From an uncultured archaeon (GTDB lineage: Archaea; Asgardarchaeota; Thorarchaeia; Thorarchaeales; Thorarchaeaceae), in NCBI GenBank assembly GCA_964473825.1, contig CAYYQL010000003.1:42627-106626 (forward strand): 64,000 nucleotides of DNA, read 5' to 3'. Below the pieces are notes generated by a model, which did no database searches, had not been told where the DNA came from, and was given only the letters and a program-made list of their open reading frames with translations. Within the stretch, counting starts at the first letter, position 1. The number at the start of each line of letters is the position of its first letter. Shown in pieces: positions 29,573 to 39,481 of the stretch. The position numbers and the translations under genes are program-made.

Positions 29573-30524
29573 GATAATTGAAATCATATTGACTACACCC
29601 TTCTTGCAGCGGGCTCTGATTGGTGCTGTTCTAGTTGCCCTAGTGGCATCGGCTAGTGGGACGTTTCTTGTATTCAGAGGTCTCTCCTTTATGACGGCGG
29701 GAGTTGCACATGCAGCATTGGGGGGAGCTGCGCTGGGTCTTTTCCTTCAAGAGAGCGGACTCGTCCCATGGTTTGATCCGATTCTGGGCGCTCTGTCTTT
29801 CGCAGTGTTTGTCGCTCTTGTCACTGGTCATGCTGGAGAATCAGGTATTGCACAGAAGATGGAGGTTGCCGTGGGTGTATCATTCGCCCTCTCTATGAGC
29901 ATCGCGGTCTTCTTGATGTACTATATCCCCCCAACCCAGGTTCCTCAAATCTGGGGCTATCTTATCGGCGATATTCTGCTGCTCAATAACTTTGACGTAG
30001 TTATGCTCGCTCTCACGGCACTGATTCTAGTTGTCATCACGGCGGTCTTCAACAAAGAGTTCATCTATGTCAGTGTGGATATGGAGGGTTCGTTGGCCCA
30101 CGGGATGAATGCGCGGGCGTATCACTATCTCATGCTGATTACATCTGCTCTGGCAATTGCACTTGCCACAAAGGCGGTTGGGGCGATTCTTGTCTATGCG
30201 ATTCTTGTTGCTCCGGCGGCAGCAGCAAATGAGCTTCTTAATTCGGTTAGGGGTGTTGTGCTCGGAGTCTTCACAGTAGCTCTTCTCTCGGAGCTAGTCG
30301 GGATTGTTTCCTCGTTTGCATTCAGAGCATCACCAAGTGCGATTGCCGGGATTCTAGCCGCAATGTCATATGTTGTTGCCATGCAGGTGAAACGCCATCG
30401 GGAGAAGGTCCGCGTATCTAGAGAAACAAAGATGAAGCATCCCATGATAGATAGATTCCTTTCGGAACGCAATGAAGTCACGGCTACAGGCTCGTTTCAC
30501 GACGATAAGACGACTAGCAGTTGA
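29565..30524 (+). CDS. Metal ABC transporter permease (ZnuB-like)
   Basis: GVAHAALGG, YLIGDIL, VGAILV motifs; multiple TM helices. Confidence 0.92.
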   Translation: MLEIIEIILTTPFLQRALIGAVLVALVASASGTFLVFRGLSFMTAGVAHAALGGAALGLFLQESGLVPWFDPILGALSFAVFVALVTGHAGESGIAQKMEVAVGVSFALSMSIAVFLMYYIPPTQVPQIWGYLIGDILLLNNFDVVMLALTALILVVITAVFNKEFIYVSVDMEGSLAHGMNARAYHYLMLITSALAIALATKAVGAILVYAILVAPAAAANELLNSVRGVVLGVFTVALLSELVGIVSSFAFRASPSAIAGILAAMSYVVAMQVKRHREKVRVSRETKMKHPMIDRFLSERNEVTATGSFHDDKTTSS

Positions 30525-30898
30525 CCGTTTCGTCATACAACTGCTTGTTCTATACTGCATATGGGCCTCTCTTGATACAGTGGATACATGGATGTCCCCT
30601 GTATTGATATCCGATCCCTATTCCAGTTCCCAGTGCGCAAGTTGGATGGGCTGGTCATAGTCTGTGAAGGGTATCGTTTTGTTTCTGGGCCCAATACTGA
30701 CGGGTTGTATGGTAATGCTTGGTGCGTCTGTTCCATTTTACTTCAAGACAGGGGAGAATCTAGTTTTGTTGCTGTTAATACTGAAGCTACCTAATCCTAG
30801 TGCGGAGGTGGCCTCCGAGGTCTGATACGCGAGTCGGTCTGTCGGTATCTTTAAGTAAGGTACGTAGATTTGCCGACTTACGTTCGGTGAGAGCGATA

Positions 30899-31297
30899 AT
30901 GAGTGACAGAATACCCGAGAGAAGCGAGATTGTACGCTCTAGTGTTATCACCATCATCTTTGCGGTGGTGCCTCTCATTTTGGCTATTGCCTTCTGGGCT
31001 TGGTCGTCACCAGATATCATTAATCAGACGATTGTGGGAACGATAAACAACATCAACCCGTATATCACCTATGTCCTTGAGATTGTCTTCATGGCTTTCT
31101 TCTTCTTCTTCACGACGGTCACCATAGTCAATCTCAGGCTCTTCGTGACAACAGTAAGATCGGGTTGGGCAGAGGTCCTGCTCATGCTCATCGTCACTGG
31201 CGTGCTGTCATATGCAATGTTTGGAGCCGGGGTAATGGGAGCAACAATTGTGTTCTGTCTTGCTTTCATAGTGTACCTCTATCTACTACAAGAGTAG
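30899..31297 (+). CDS. Small integral membrane protein
   Basis: Four hydrophobic helices; GGTGA upstream of ATG 30899. Confidence 0.75.
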   Translation: MSDRIPERSEIVRSSVITIIFAVVPLILAIAFWAWSSPDIINQTIVGTINNINPYITYVLEIVFMAFFFFFTTVTIVNLRLFVTTVRSGWAEVLLMLIVTGVLSYAMFGAGVMGATIVFCLAFIVYLYLLQE

Positions 31298-31516
31298 ATT
31301 ATAGAGAGTTCTTCCCGCTATGTCCGATAAATTTTCATCAATACCAGAAGCTTTATGTGGCTACTGCAGAGCTTACCGAATTGAGCTTGGTCAGCCAAAG
31401 AGCTGCAGGCACAAATACCAATACCGGTCTATATCGTCATTCCTGAATTGACAGATTAGTTCAATAACCAATCTTCTGTCTTCCGGACTGTCACAAGAGA
31501 CCTTGGAGGAACGACT

Positions 31517-32242
31517 ATGTTTGGAATTTCGGGCGGCCAGGGATATGATATGTCAACTAGCATCTTCAGCCCTGAAGGACGCATATTCGCCGCAGAATAC
31601 GCAAAGAAAGCTGTAGAGCAGGGGGCCACATCTATAGGCGTCCTTGTTGATGAGGGTATCGTCTTGCTTGCAGAGAAGCGAGTCATGCCTCTTCAAGAAC
31701 CGGACAGTGTAGAGAAGATTTCCAAGATTGATGATCACATCGGTGTGGCGACCTCGGGGTTCATGGCTGATGCAAGGCGTCTCCTTCAGGAGGCCCGTGT
31801 CAAGGCTCAGTCGTACTGGCTCACTTACGAGGAGGAGATCCCTGCAGAGGCTCTAGCAGATCATATCTGTGACATAAAGGCGAAGTTCACCCAGGGTGGT
31901 GGTGCACGACCCTACGGTGTAGCCATGATAATTGGCTCAGTTGACTCTGATGATTCTCCACGACTGTTCGTCACTGACCCTGTGGGCACCTCTTGGGGAT
32001 ATCTAGCTGCGGTCATCGGACGAGGCAGTTCAGCAGCAGGTGAGTATCTAGAGAAGAACTACAAACGTAAGACTCCAATAGATAAAGCAATCCAGCTGGC
32101 GCTCAATGCATTGAAAGCGGCAAGTGACTCGGAGCTCACAGCAGATAATGTCGAGATTGTTGTCATTCCTGTTGAGAATCGTGAGTTTCGAAAACTTGAC
32201 AACAAGGAAATCGAGGACATACTAGAATCGGAGTCTGAATAG
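31517..32242 (+). CDS. psmA: Proteasome alpha subunit
   Basis: GYD..IFSPEGR, EYAKKAV, DAR, RPYG, DP.G motifs; superoperon position; GGAGG SD. Confidence 0.93.
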   Translation: MFGISGGQGYDMSTSIFSPEGRIFAAEYAKKAVEQGATSIGVLVDEGIVLLAEKRVMPLQEPDSVEKISKIDDHIGVATSGFMADARRLLQEARVKAQSYWLTYEEEIPAEALADHICDIKAKFTQGGGARPYGVAMIIGSVDSDDSPRLFVTDPVGTSWGYLAAVIGRGSSAAGEYLEKNYKRKTPIDKAIQLALNALKAASDSELTADNVEIVVIPVENREFRKLDNKEIEDILESESE

Positions 32243-32267
32243 ATACTCAAGGAGTTGAGCTGGAACT

Positions 32268-32993
32268 ATGATGGGATCAGGTAAGAAAACAGGCGAGAAA
32301 TGGCTTGATCTGGATGCTGTTGTTGTAGGCATTCAGAAGGGACACCTCCGATTCGAGTTGTTCGTTGATGCGGATCTTGCTTTCAGCTATAGACGTGGTG
32401 AAGACGTTTCTCTCGAATCCATTCTCAAGAGCTATGATATCTATGAGGATGCAAGACGAGGTGAACATGCCTCGGCGGATTTGGTCGAAGACACGTTTGG
32501 TACTACCGAGGTGTTTGAGATTGCACCTGAAATCATCAAATATGGAGAGTTCAAGCTAACTCACGAGCAGAGAAAACAACTCATTGAGGAGAAGACTGAG
32601 GAGATTATTGAGAGTATTTCCAAACGTGCGATGAATCCTCAGACTGGGCATCCCCACCCCCCTGACCGTATTCGTCAGGCTATGGAGGAGGCCAAGGTGA
32701 GTGTCAACGCGTGGGTGAGTGCGGAGGAACAGGCTCCACAGGTTGTGAAAGCGATACGTGTGGTCATTCCGATCTCCTTTGAGAGCGTCAAGCTGCGAAT
32801 CCAGTTACCGGCGGCCTATACCGGAAAGGGATACAACATGGTCGCAAATACAGGTGTTATCAAGTCTGAGGAATGGAATCCCGACGGTTCTTGGACTGGA
32901 CTTGTTGAGATACCCGCCGCACAAAGACAAGAATTGTATGACAACCTCAACAAGCTGACAAAGGGTCAGATACGCATCGAGGTCGTTCGATAA
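32268..32993 (+). CDS. Ribosome maturation factor SBDS/SDO1
   Basis: RFE, FGT, NPQT..PHPP.RI..AM.EA motifs. Confidence 0.95.
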   Translation: MMGSGKKTGEKWLDLDAVVVGIQKGHLRFELFVDADLAFSYRRGEDVSLESILKSYDIYEDARRGEHASADLVEDTFGTTEVFEIAPEIIKYGEFKLTHEQRKQLIEEKTEEIIESISKRAMNPQTGHPHPPDRIRQAMEEAKVSVNAWVSAEEQAPQVVKAIRVVIPISFESVKLRIQLPAAYTGKGYNMVANTGVIKSEEWNPDGSWTGLVEIPAAQRQELYDNLNKLTKGQIRIEVVR

Positions 32994-33055
32994 AACCACA
33001 GCGCACACAGGCTGTACACATTAGGATCACAAATTCAAATAACGAGGCAATACAT

Positions 33056-33814
33056 TTGGCAGGAATTTTATTTCAGAAAAGGGAAGTAGTGGTGCCAGGT
33101 CAACTCTTGGCAGAAGGCAGATACAGGCCTTCAGTCGGGACCTACGATAGAGAGGGCAAGATCTATTCAGCCCTTGTGGGTCTCGCAGAGTTACGAGGCA
33201 ACACAGTGAAGGTTGTACCTCTTGAGGGAGTCTATATCCCCCGCGAGGGCGACCTAGTTATCGGTGTAATCGAGATAGTAGCCGGTAACAACTGGAAGGT
33301 CAACATAGGCGGGCCGTATCAGGCATCAATACATGCAAATAATGCATTACGACGGCCGTACGACGACGACATCTCGAAGTATATGGACATAGGTGATGTT
33401 ATCGTTGCAGAGGTATCCGCCTTTGACAGAGTGACAGGACCGTTCCTTACTATGAAGGGGAGAGGTCTAAGAAAACTGGACGACGGCATGATAGTGCGAG
33501 TTAGTCCAGCTAAGATACCAAGGATGATCGGTAGACGAGGGTCTATGATCAACATGATCAAGGACAAATTGAATCTACAGACAGTAGTGGGCCAGAACGG
33601 GAGGATTTGGGTAAACGCTCCCGATATTGAACGTTCACGGCTGGCAGTTAAGGCATTCAAGATGATTGAGGAACAGTCTCACACATCTAAGCTTACTGAT
33701 CGTGTCGATGCCATGCTCAAAGACGAGCTTGCGAAACTAAGATCTAAGGATACTGAGAACGAAGAAGATGAGGATACCGAGAAAGATGAAAAATCGGAGG
33801 ATGAGATAGAATAA
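33056..33814 (+). CDS. rrp4: Exosome RNA-binding subunit Rrp4
   Basis: VVPGQLL, YIPREGDLVIG, KH motif PRMIGRRGSM, GQNGRIW. Confidence 0.95.
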   Translation: MAGILFQKREVVVPGQLLAEGRYRPSVGTYDREGKIYSALVGLAELRGNTVKVVPLEGVYIPREGDLVIGVIEIVAGNNWKVNIGGPYQASIHANNALRRPYDDDISKYMDIGDVIVAEVSAFDRVTGPFLTMKGRGLRKLDDGMIVRVSPAKIPRMIGRRGSMINMIKDKLNLQTVVGQNGRIWVNAPDIERSRLAVKAFKMIEEQSHTSKLTDRVDAMLKDELAKLRSKDTENEEDEDTEKDEKSEDEIE

Positions 33815-34629
33815 TGAGTCCTGAAACGAAGCCGGACTTTTTGATCAACCCTGAAGGTCTGCGACTAGATGGTCGACGGCCCGATGAGATCAGGCCTACA
33901 GAGCTTGAGGTTGGTATACTGAAAAAGGCTGATGGTTCGGCTATGATTAAGCAGGGGAACACGCACATATTAGCAGCTGTATACGGTCCCCGTGAACTAC
34001 ACCCGAGACACTTGACATTGAATGACAGAGCATACTTACGATGCGAATACAGAATGGCGACATTTTCTGTTCCGGATAGGAAGCGTCCTGCGCCTTCTCG
34101 ACGCGAACGCGAGATTTCGATGGTCATTGCAAACGCACTGGAACCTGCGTTGTTCTTAGAGGAGTTTCCGAAGGCCGTTGTTGATGTCTACATACAGGTG
34201 ATTCAAGCCGATGGTGGTACACGCTGTGCCTCTATCAATGCAGCATCACTTGCGCTTGCGGATGCTGGGATTCCAATGAGGAGTCTTGTACCATCTGTGG
34301 CAGTTGGCAAAGCTGACGACGTGCTGGTAGTTGACCTGGGTGATATGGAAGACAAGTATGGTGGTGGCGACATTCCGATGGCGATAATCCCTCGCACTGA
34401 AGAAATCACACTGCTTCAGCAAGATGGTTCCTTCAAGAAGGAGGAGCTCATTGAGGCGATACGCATGGGAGTCAACTCCTGTAAGTACCTTCACGAACTC
34501 CAGAAAGAGGCGCTCAAGCGAGCATACGCCAAGCGGGCTCCTCTGGATGATGACGAAGACGACGAAGAATACGAGGACGACCTTGAGACGGATCTTGGGG
34601 AGTCTGACCTTCCTGAGGAGGAGGATTAG
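33814..34629 (+). CDS. rrp41: Exosome catalytic subunit Rrp41
   Basis: RLDGRRPDEIR, ADGSA, VYGPRE, QADGGTR, EDKYG; acidic tail. Confidence 0.96.
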   Translation: MSPETKPDFLINPEGLRLDGRRPDEIRPTELEVGILKKADGSAMIKQGNTHILAAVYGPRELHPRHLTLNDRAYLRCEYRMATFSVPDRKRPAPSRREREISMVIANALEPALFLEEFPKAVVDVYIQVIQADGGTRCASINAASLALADAGIPMRSLVPSVAVGKADDVLVVDLGDMEDKYGGGDIPMAIIPRTEEITLLQQDGSFKKEELIEAIRMGVNSCKYLHELQKEALKRAYAKRAPLDDDEDDEEYEDDLETDLGESDLPEEED

Positions 34630-34631
34630 TA

Positions 34632-35459
34632 ATGGGAGATTTTAGTTCAGAAACAATAAGCCACATTGACCGGCACTATATCAAGACTCTTCTAGATAAT
34701 GGAGAGCGGATTGATAATCGGGCCTTTGACGAATATCGTGATATCGAAATTGAAATCGGTCCAGTCGCGGCCAAGGCGGAGGGTTCAGCAATTGCCAGAT
34801 TGGGCGGCACGAGCGTCATTGCAGGAGTCAAGGTCCTTACAGGCCAGCCTTATCCAGACACGGCAGATGAAGGTGTCATTATGGTGACAGCAGAGCTTGC
34901 CCCGATAGCCTCTCCTATGTTCGAGAGTGGTCCTCCCCGCGAGGACGCCATCGAGCTAGCAAGAGTGGTTGACAGAGGCGTCAGAGAATCTGGAACAGTT
35001 GATACAAAGCAGCTGTGCATAGAAGAGGGCAAGCATGTGTACTTGATCTTCTGCGATTTGTATACGCTGGAATACGACGGCAATCTGATTGACGCATCGT
35101 CTCTGGCTGCAAATGCTGCACTCCTCGACACTCGATTCCCTGAGCTCAAGCTTGAGGATGACGAACTCGTTGAGACCGGCAAGATGATGAAGGTGCCTCT
35201 GAAGAACATGGCAATCGAATGCACCGCCTCAAAGATTGGGAATCACATGGTGATTGACCCGCACATCCGCGAGGAGATGGTGCAAGACTGCCGTCTTACG
35301 ATGGCAATCGATGATGACGACAACTTCACGGCTCTGCAGAAGGGCGGTGGCATCGGTCCTATCTCGGTGGACAAGATTGAAGAGGCCATGGACATGGGCC
35401 TTGCACGTGCAAAGGATCTTCGAAAGTTAGTCATTGAGGCAACTAAGCGGAAGGACTAG
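34632..35459 (+). CDS. rrp42: Exosome subunit Rrp42
   Basis: RIDNR, AEGSA, FESGPP, ELARVVDRG, DGNLIDA. Confidence 0.96.
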   Translation: MGDFSSETISHIDRHYIKTLLDNGERIDNRAFDEYRDIEIEIGPVAAKAEGSAIARLGGTSVIAGVKVLTGQPYPDTADEGVIMVTAELAPIASPMFESGPPREDAIELARVVDRGVRESGTVDTKQLCIEEGKHVYLIFCDLYTLEYDGNLIDASSLAANAALLDTRFPELKLEDDELVETGKMMKVPLKNMAIECTASKIGNHMVIDPHIREEMVQDCRLTMAIDDDDNFTALQKGGGIGPISVDKIEEAMDMGLARAKDLRKLVIEATKRKD

Positions 35460-35622
35460 TCTAGTTGAGGACTGATTCTTGGTCTAGTGCCGAGTTTCAG
35501 TCAATTCTCAACTCATCGATAGATAGCCTAATAAGCACAGTCGATGGGCGACAAATCGACTCCGATGGCCCATCAAAATCACTAACTGGAGTCGCATGAC
35601 CAACTACTGGATATTGATAACA

Positions 35623-36045
35623 ATGGGAAGGACGAAGAAAGTTGGAAGCACAGGACGCTTCGGAGCTAGGTACGGCGCCAAATTGCGTCGAAGAGTACTG
35701 GACTTGGACCTGAGGCGACGTGAGCCAAATCGTTGCCCGGCCTGTGCAACAAAGGCCCTGAAGCGAAAGGCGGCGGGTCTTTGGGCATGCAGAAAGTGCG
35801 GTCTTGTGTTTGCTGGTGGTGCATATGTTCCATTCACAGACGCTGGCAAGGCAGCCAAGCGAGCAATTGCTCAGAGAGTGTCTGATGATCTCCTTGCACT
35901 TCGAGATGAAGAGGGAGAGGAAGGTCTTCCCGAGTTCTTGCCCAATGTTGAAGATGAGCCAGTAATAGAGTCTGAACCAGAAGTCATCGAGGCTGAAGAC
36001 CTTATTCACAGCTTTGATGAGCCCTCAGAGGACGAGGAAGAATGA
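35623..36045 (+). CDS. rpl37ae: 50S ribosomal protein L37ae (eL43) with long acidic C-terminal extension
   Basis: KKVGSTGRFGARYG, CPAC...W.CRKC, FAGGAY. Confidence 0.95.
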   Translation: MGRTKKVGSTGRFGARYGAKLRRRVLDLDLRRREPNRCPACATKALKRKAAGLWACRKCGLVFAGGAYVPFTDAGKAAKRAIAQRVSDDLLALRDEEGEEGLPEFLPNVEDEPVIESEPEVIEAEDLIHSFDEPSEDEEE

Positions 36046-36064
36046 ATCCAAGGTTCGTACACAG

Positions 36065-36613
36065 TTGCTCCTGATAACCACCTCCCGTCGGACCTCCAAT
36101 CGTGTTAGGTCCTTTGTCAGGGACCTGTCGTTTGTGTTTCCTGGTAGTGAGCGGTTCAACCGTGGCAGTATGAGCATGGCTGAATTGAAGGCACGTTTCA
36201 AGCAATCGGATTCAGATGCGGCTTTGGTTGTGACAACGTATCGTGGCAATCCCGGGAGGCTAAGAATCTACTTCTCTGATGATGATACGGCCATAGTGCA
36301 GCTGTCTGGATGTGTCCTCCGGAGAGAGGTGCTGCCCGACTCCGACGTGCGTGTTAATAAGATAGTAAGACTCTCAGTAAGCTCAAAACCATCAGAACTC
36401 ACCAAGAACATGGCCGATCTCTTGAAGAGAATGACCGGCATGGACTGGGTAGAAGAGAGCGCAGTCTATCCCTTGGGTCCTGAGCATTCTAACAACACAA
36501 TTCTGCGTCTGCAAGACGCGGCATCGGGAATGACAGTATGGACTTACTATCACGCGCTTGATGCGGTAGAGATTGGTCCACGAATGACTGTGAGTGCATT
36601 AAGAGGGAAATAA
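36065..36613 (+). CDS. Brix domain ribosome biogenesis protein
   Basis: LITTSRR.S.RVRSFVRDL, NRG, GNPG, C-terminal IGPR; ORF open from 36014. Confidence 0.88.
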   Translation: MLLITTSRRTSNRVRSFVRDLSFVFPGSERFNRGSMSMAELKARFKQSDSDAALVVTTYRGNPGRLRIYFSDDDTAIVQLSGCVLRREVLPDSDVRVNKIVRLSVSSKPSELTKNMADLLKRMTGMDWVEESAVYPLGPEHSNNTILRLQDAASGMTVWTYYHALDAVEIGPRMTVSALRGK

Positions 36614-36615
36614 CA

Positions 36616-36885
36616 ATGGATGCTATCGTACTCGGGGGCGATGCTGTCATAGATATTGACATGGGATCAGAGGAGAGAGCAAGGATTATCCTGCAGGCCC
36701 TCGAACCTGAAACCAGCGCGATTACTGATCGGTCGACAACCCACATTGCGTTGTCCGGGTCGCAGCTGATATTGAAGATATCCGCAGACGACCTGACTGC
36801 TATGCGTGCGGCAATCAATTCCTTTCTCTCTTGGATATCTGCATGCGAACGAATGCTGGATTCTGTCATAGGCCAAAATCCTTAA
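36616..36885 (+). CDS. pcc1: KEOPS complex subunit Pcc1
   Basis: ALEPE, RS, I.A.DLTAMRAAINSFL.W. Confidence 0.9.
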   Translation: MDAIVLGGDAVIDIDMGSEERARIILQALEPETSAITDRSTTHIALSGSQLILKISADDLTAMRAAINSFLSWISACERMLDSVIGQNP

Positions 36886-36946
36886 GTTTCAACTTGGCTG
36901 GCGCAGTCTGAATATACCCCTTAACGAACGGGGGAGTATGATTATC

Positions 36947-37309
36947 ATGTCTCAACAGATACCTCCAGGACTTGAAGAGAAGATAAAACAGTACGAGAGT
37001 CTACGTCGTAGACACGAAGCACTCCAGGTGATGGTTCAAAGACAGCAGTCAGAACTCAATGAGCTTGAGGCCACTCTGGAAGAGCTTGGGAAGCAGCCAG
37101 ACGATGCGGTAACATACAAGACAGTTGGTCAAGTCATGTTTCGTGTTGAAAAGAAGAAGATGGTTGATGAGATGAATGGCCGAAAGGGCACAATCAAGGA
37201 GAGCCTTGACAACTACAACAGTCGACTAGAGTCAACAACCACCAAATTGCAGGAACTTCAGAGCAACATTCAGGTTGAGCTGGGAGCGCAGAACCTCAGG
37301 GTCCAGTGA
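36947..37309 (+). CDS. pfdB: Prefoldin beta subunit
   Basis: Coiled coils flanking YKTVGQVMF hairpin; conserved operon position. Confidence 0.92.
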   Translation: MSQQIPPGLEEKIKQYESLRRRHEALQVMVQRQQSELNELEATLEELGKQPDDAVTYKTVGQVMFRVEKKKMVDEMNGRKGTIKESLDNYNSRLESTTTKLQELQSNIQVELGAQNLRVQ

Positions 37310-37620
37310 CTGAGATGAACCCAGTACTGGAGATCGGCCTACCCACTCTTACAGAAGAGCATATCGAGGCACTTGCCCAAGATTGCGAGGCGGCTGTCAC
37401 TCAGAGGCTTTTCATGGTGGTACCGGAAAAGAGTATATCCGATCTATCAGTCTCCTGTACACTGGAACTCGGTCCAGACGGTCAGCTTGACCTCGATCTT
37501 GAGATCATTCTCGAGCAACAGTATGAAACTGGTCATGCTCTGGACGATATTGTGAGTCAAGCCACTGAGTATGGTTCGGCGTGGCTTGAGCAGAGGCTTC
37601 TGGAGATGAAGGCTGATTGA
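37306..37620 (+). CDS. DUF3194-like protein
   Basis: IGLP.LT.E.IE.LA motif; usual neighbour of pfdB. Confidence 0.75.
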   Translation: MTEMNPVLEIGLPTLTEEHIEALAQDCEAAVTQRLFMVVPEKSISDLSVSCTLELGPDGQLDLDLEIILEQQYETGHALDDIVSQATEYGSAWLEQRLLEMKAD

Positions 37621-38615
37621 AACTGAGAGTGCTTCTGGAGAAGTCAAATAACATCCTTATTCTGGGTCATCAGAATGCGGATCCAGACGCGGTTTCATCG
37701 ATGTATGCCTTGGCACAAGCATACCAGTATCTCAATCCTCAGGGTAGGTCTACGCTTGCATGTGATGATGTGAGCAAGCTTTCTGTTCAAGTTCTAGAGC
37801 ACTTTGACTGCCCTGTAGACATCATTGGAGATCCACATGGTGCTTTCGACTTGGTTGTGCTACTTGACACAAACAGTAGGTTGCAGCTCGGAGATGCCAT
37901 TGCTTCTTATGTCAACGATCCTTCTCGAACAGTAATCATTGATCATCACGAGCCAAATCCCGAGACCGAGCTCATCTCCGAGTTCATTATCTTAGATAGT
38001 GAGAAATCGTCCACATGCGAGATGATGGTAGATATCTTTCGAGAACTGGCCATGCCAATTGATGATAAAACCGCGAATCTCCTGCTTGCTGGGATGTTGT
38101 TCGACACGCGTCGTTTCTTCTATGCCAATCGAGCCACCCTGGAGGCTGCAGTCATGCTAATCGAGAGTGGCGCCGACTATGACGAATGCGTCAAATCATT
38201 GATTTCTCGTCCAGAGCGTTCGGAGCGAATTGCTAGACTAAAGGCTGCTGGGAGACTCAAACTACATCAAATCGACAAGTGGATTGTGGTGACTTCCAAG
38301 GTAGGGGCGTATGAGGCAAGCTCATGTCGGGCATTGATTGATGTAGGGGCAGATGTTGCAATTGTGGGTGGGCGCCCTGCGAAGAATGTTGTGCGTTTGA
38401 GCTCAAGGAGTACCAGAGAGTTTTCAAGGGATACTGGTATCAACTTGGGAAGGGATGTGATGGAACCCTTGGGCGAAATCATAGGTGGGACTGGTGGGGG
38501 TCATGCGAATGCTGCAGGCGCAAATGGTAATAGAAACTGTGGAAAAGCTTTGAAGCAGGCGGTAGAACTAATCCGTCAGGCTATCGCGTTGCAAGAAGAA
38601 GAAAACAGCTCATAG
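37617..38615 (+). CDS. DHH family phosphoesterase (NrnA-like)
   Basis: HQNADPDA, LLDT, IDHH, DT, GGGH. Confidence 0.93.
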   Translation: MKLRVLLEKSNNILILGHQNADPDAVSSMYALAQAYQYLNPQGRSTLACDDVSKLSVQVLEHFDCPVDIIGDPHGAFDLVVLLDTNSRLQLGDAIASYVNDPSRTVIIDHHEPNPETELISEFIILDSEKSSTCEMMVDIFRELAMPIDDKTANLLLAGMLFDTRRFFYANRATLEAAVMLIESGADYDECVKSLISRPERSERIARLKAAGRLKLHQIDKWIVVTSKVGAYEASSCRALIDVGADVAIVGGRPAKNVVRLSSRSTREFSRDTGINLGRDVMEPLGEIIGGTGGGHANAAGANGNRNCGKALKQAVELIRQAIALQEEENSS

Positions 38616-38629
38616 GAGGAGCTGCGGCA

Positions 38630-39481
38630 GTGGGACTGATAGAGTTCAATGATTTCAGCTTCAAATACGTCGGCTCAGACACCCTTGCTCTGAGAAAAGT
38701 GAACCTATCAGTAGAGCAAGGAGAATACGTCGTCGTAAGTGGCCCGTCCGGCTGTGGCAAGACTACTCTCTGCAGGGCAATGAACGGACTCGTGCCCCAA
38801 TTTCATAGAGGGTACATCGCAGGCAATGTCTTTGTTGACTCGAAGTCCACTCGTGACCATTCAGTGGCGGAGCTGGCCGGTACTGTGGGGCTGGTCTTCC
38901 AGAACCCATCTAATCAGCTTGTAACTTTGAATGTAGAGAAGGAGATCGCCTTTGGGCCTGAGAATCTGGGTGTTGACCCGCTGGAGATACGTGAGAGAGT
39001 TGAACATCTAATCGACATCCTAGGACTGGAACACCTTCGTGAGAAACATCCTCATGAGATGTCGGGTGGCGAACAACAGCGAGTTGCCATGGCTGCAACT
39101 CTGGCTCTCAAACCTAAGGTCCTTGTTGCAGACGAGCCAACATCAAGCCTTGACCCACGGAGTGCTGAGCTCATCCTTGAGCTGATTGCAGAACAAAACC
39201 GCCAGGGGATGACTGTTGTTCTGGTTGAACATCGTCTCGATGTGGTTGCGAAGGATGCATCGAGGCTGGTTTTGATGAACAACGGATCGGTAGTTGCTGA
39301 TGGAACCCCAAGAGAGGTCCTCCTCCTGGACATTTGTCAAGAGATAGGAATTGGCATACCGAAGGCCGTAGAGGTCTTCAAATGCCTCAGATCAAATGAG
39401 CTACACCTTTCTGAGGTACCTATGAGTGGGGCGGACTTGATACGAGTCTTTCGGGAGGTCATAGAATATGATTCAGCTTGA
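38630..39481 (+). CDS. ecfA: ECF transporter ATPase A1
   Basis: GPSGCGKT, FQNP, FGPENLG, SGGEQQR, DEPT, EH. Confidence 0.92.
   Translation: MGLIEFNDFSFKYVGSDTLALRKVNLSVEQGEYVVVSGPSGCGKTTLCRAMNGLVPQFHRGYIAGNVFVDSKSTRDHSVAELAGTVGLVFQNPSNQLVTLNVEKEIAFGPENLGVDPLEIRERVEHLIDILGLEHLREKHPHEMSGGEQQRVAMAATLALKPKVLVADEPTSSLDPRSAELILELIAEQNRQGMTVVLVEHRLDVVAKDASRLVLMNNGSVVADGTPREVLLLDICQEIGIGIPKAVEVFKCLRSNELHLSEVPMSGADLIRVFREVIEYDSA

Noticed and set aside
30533-30794. Short ORFs between the permease and the membrane protein
   Set aside because: No motif, SD or compositional support in any frame
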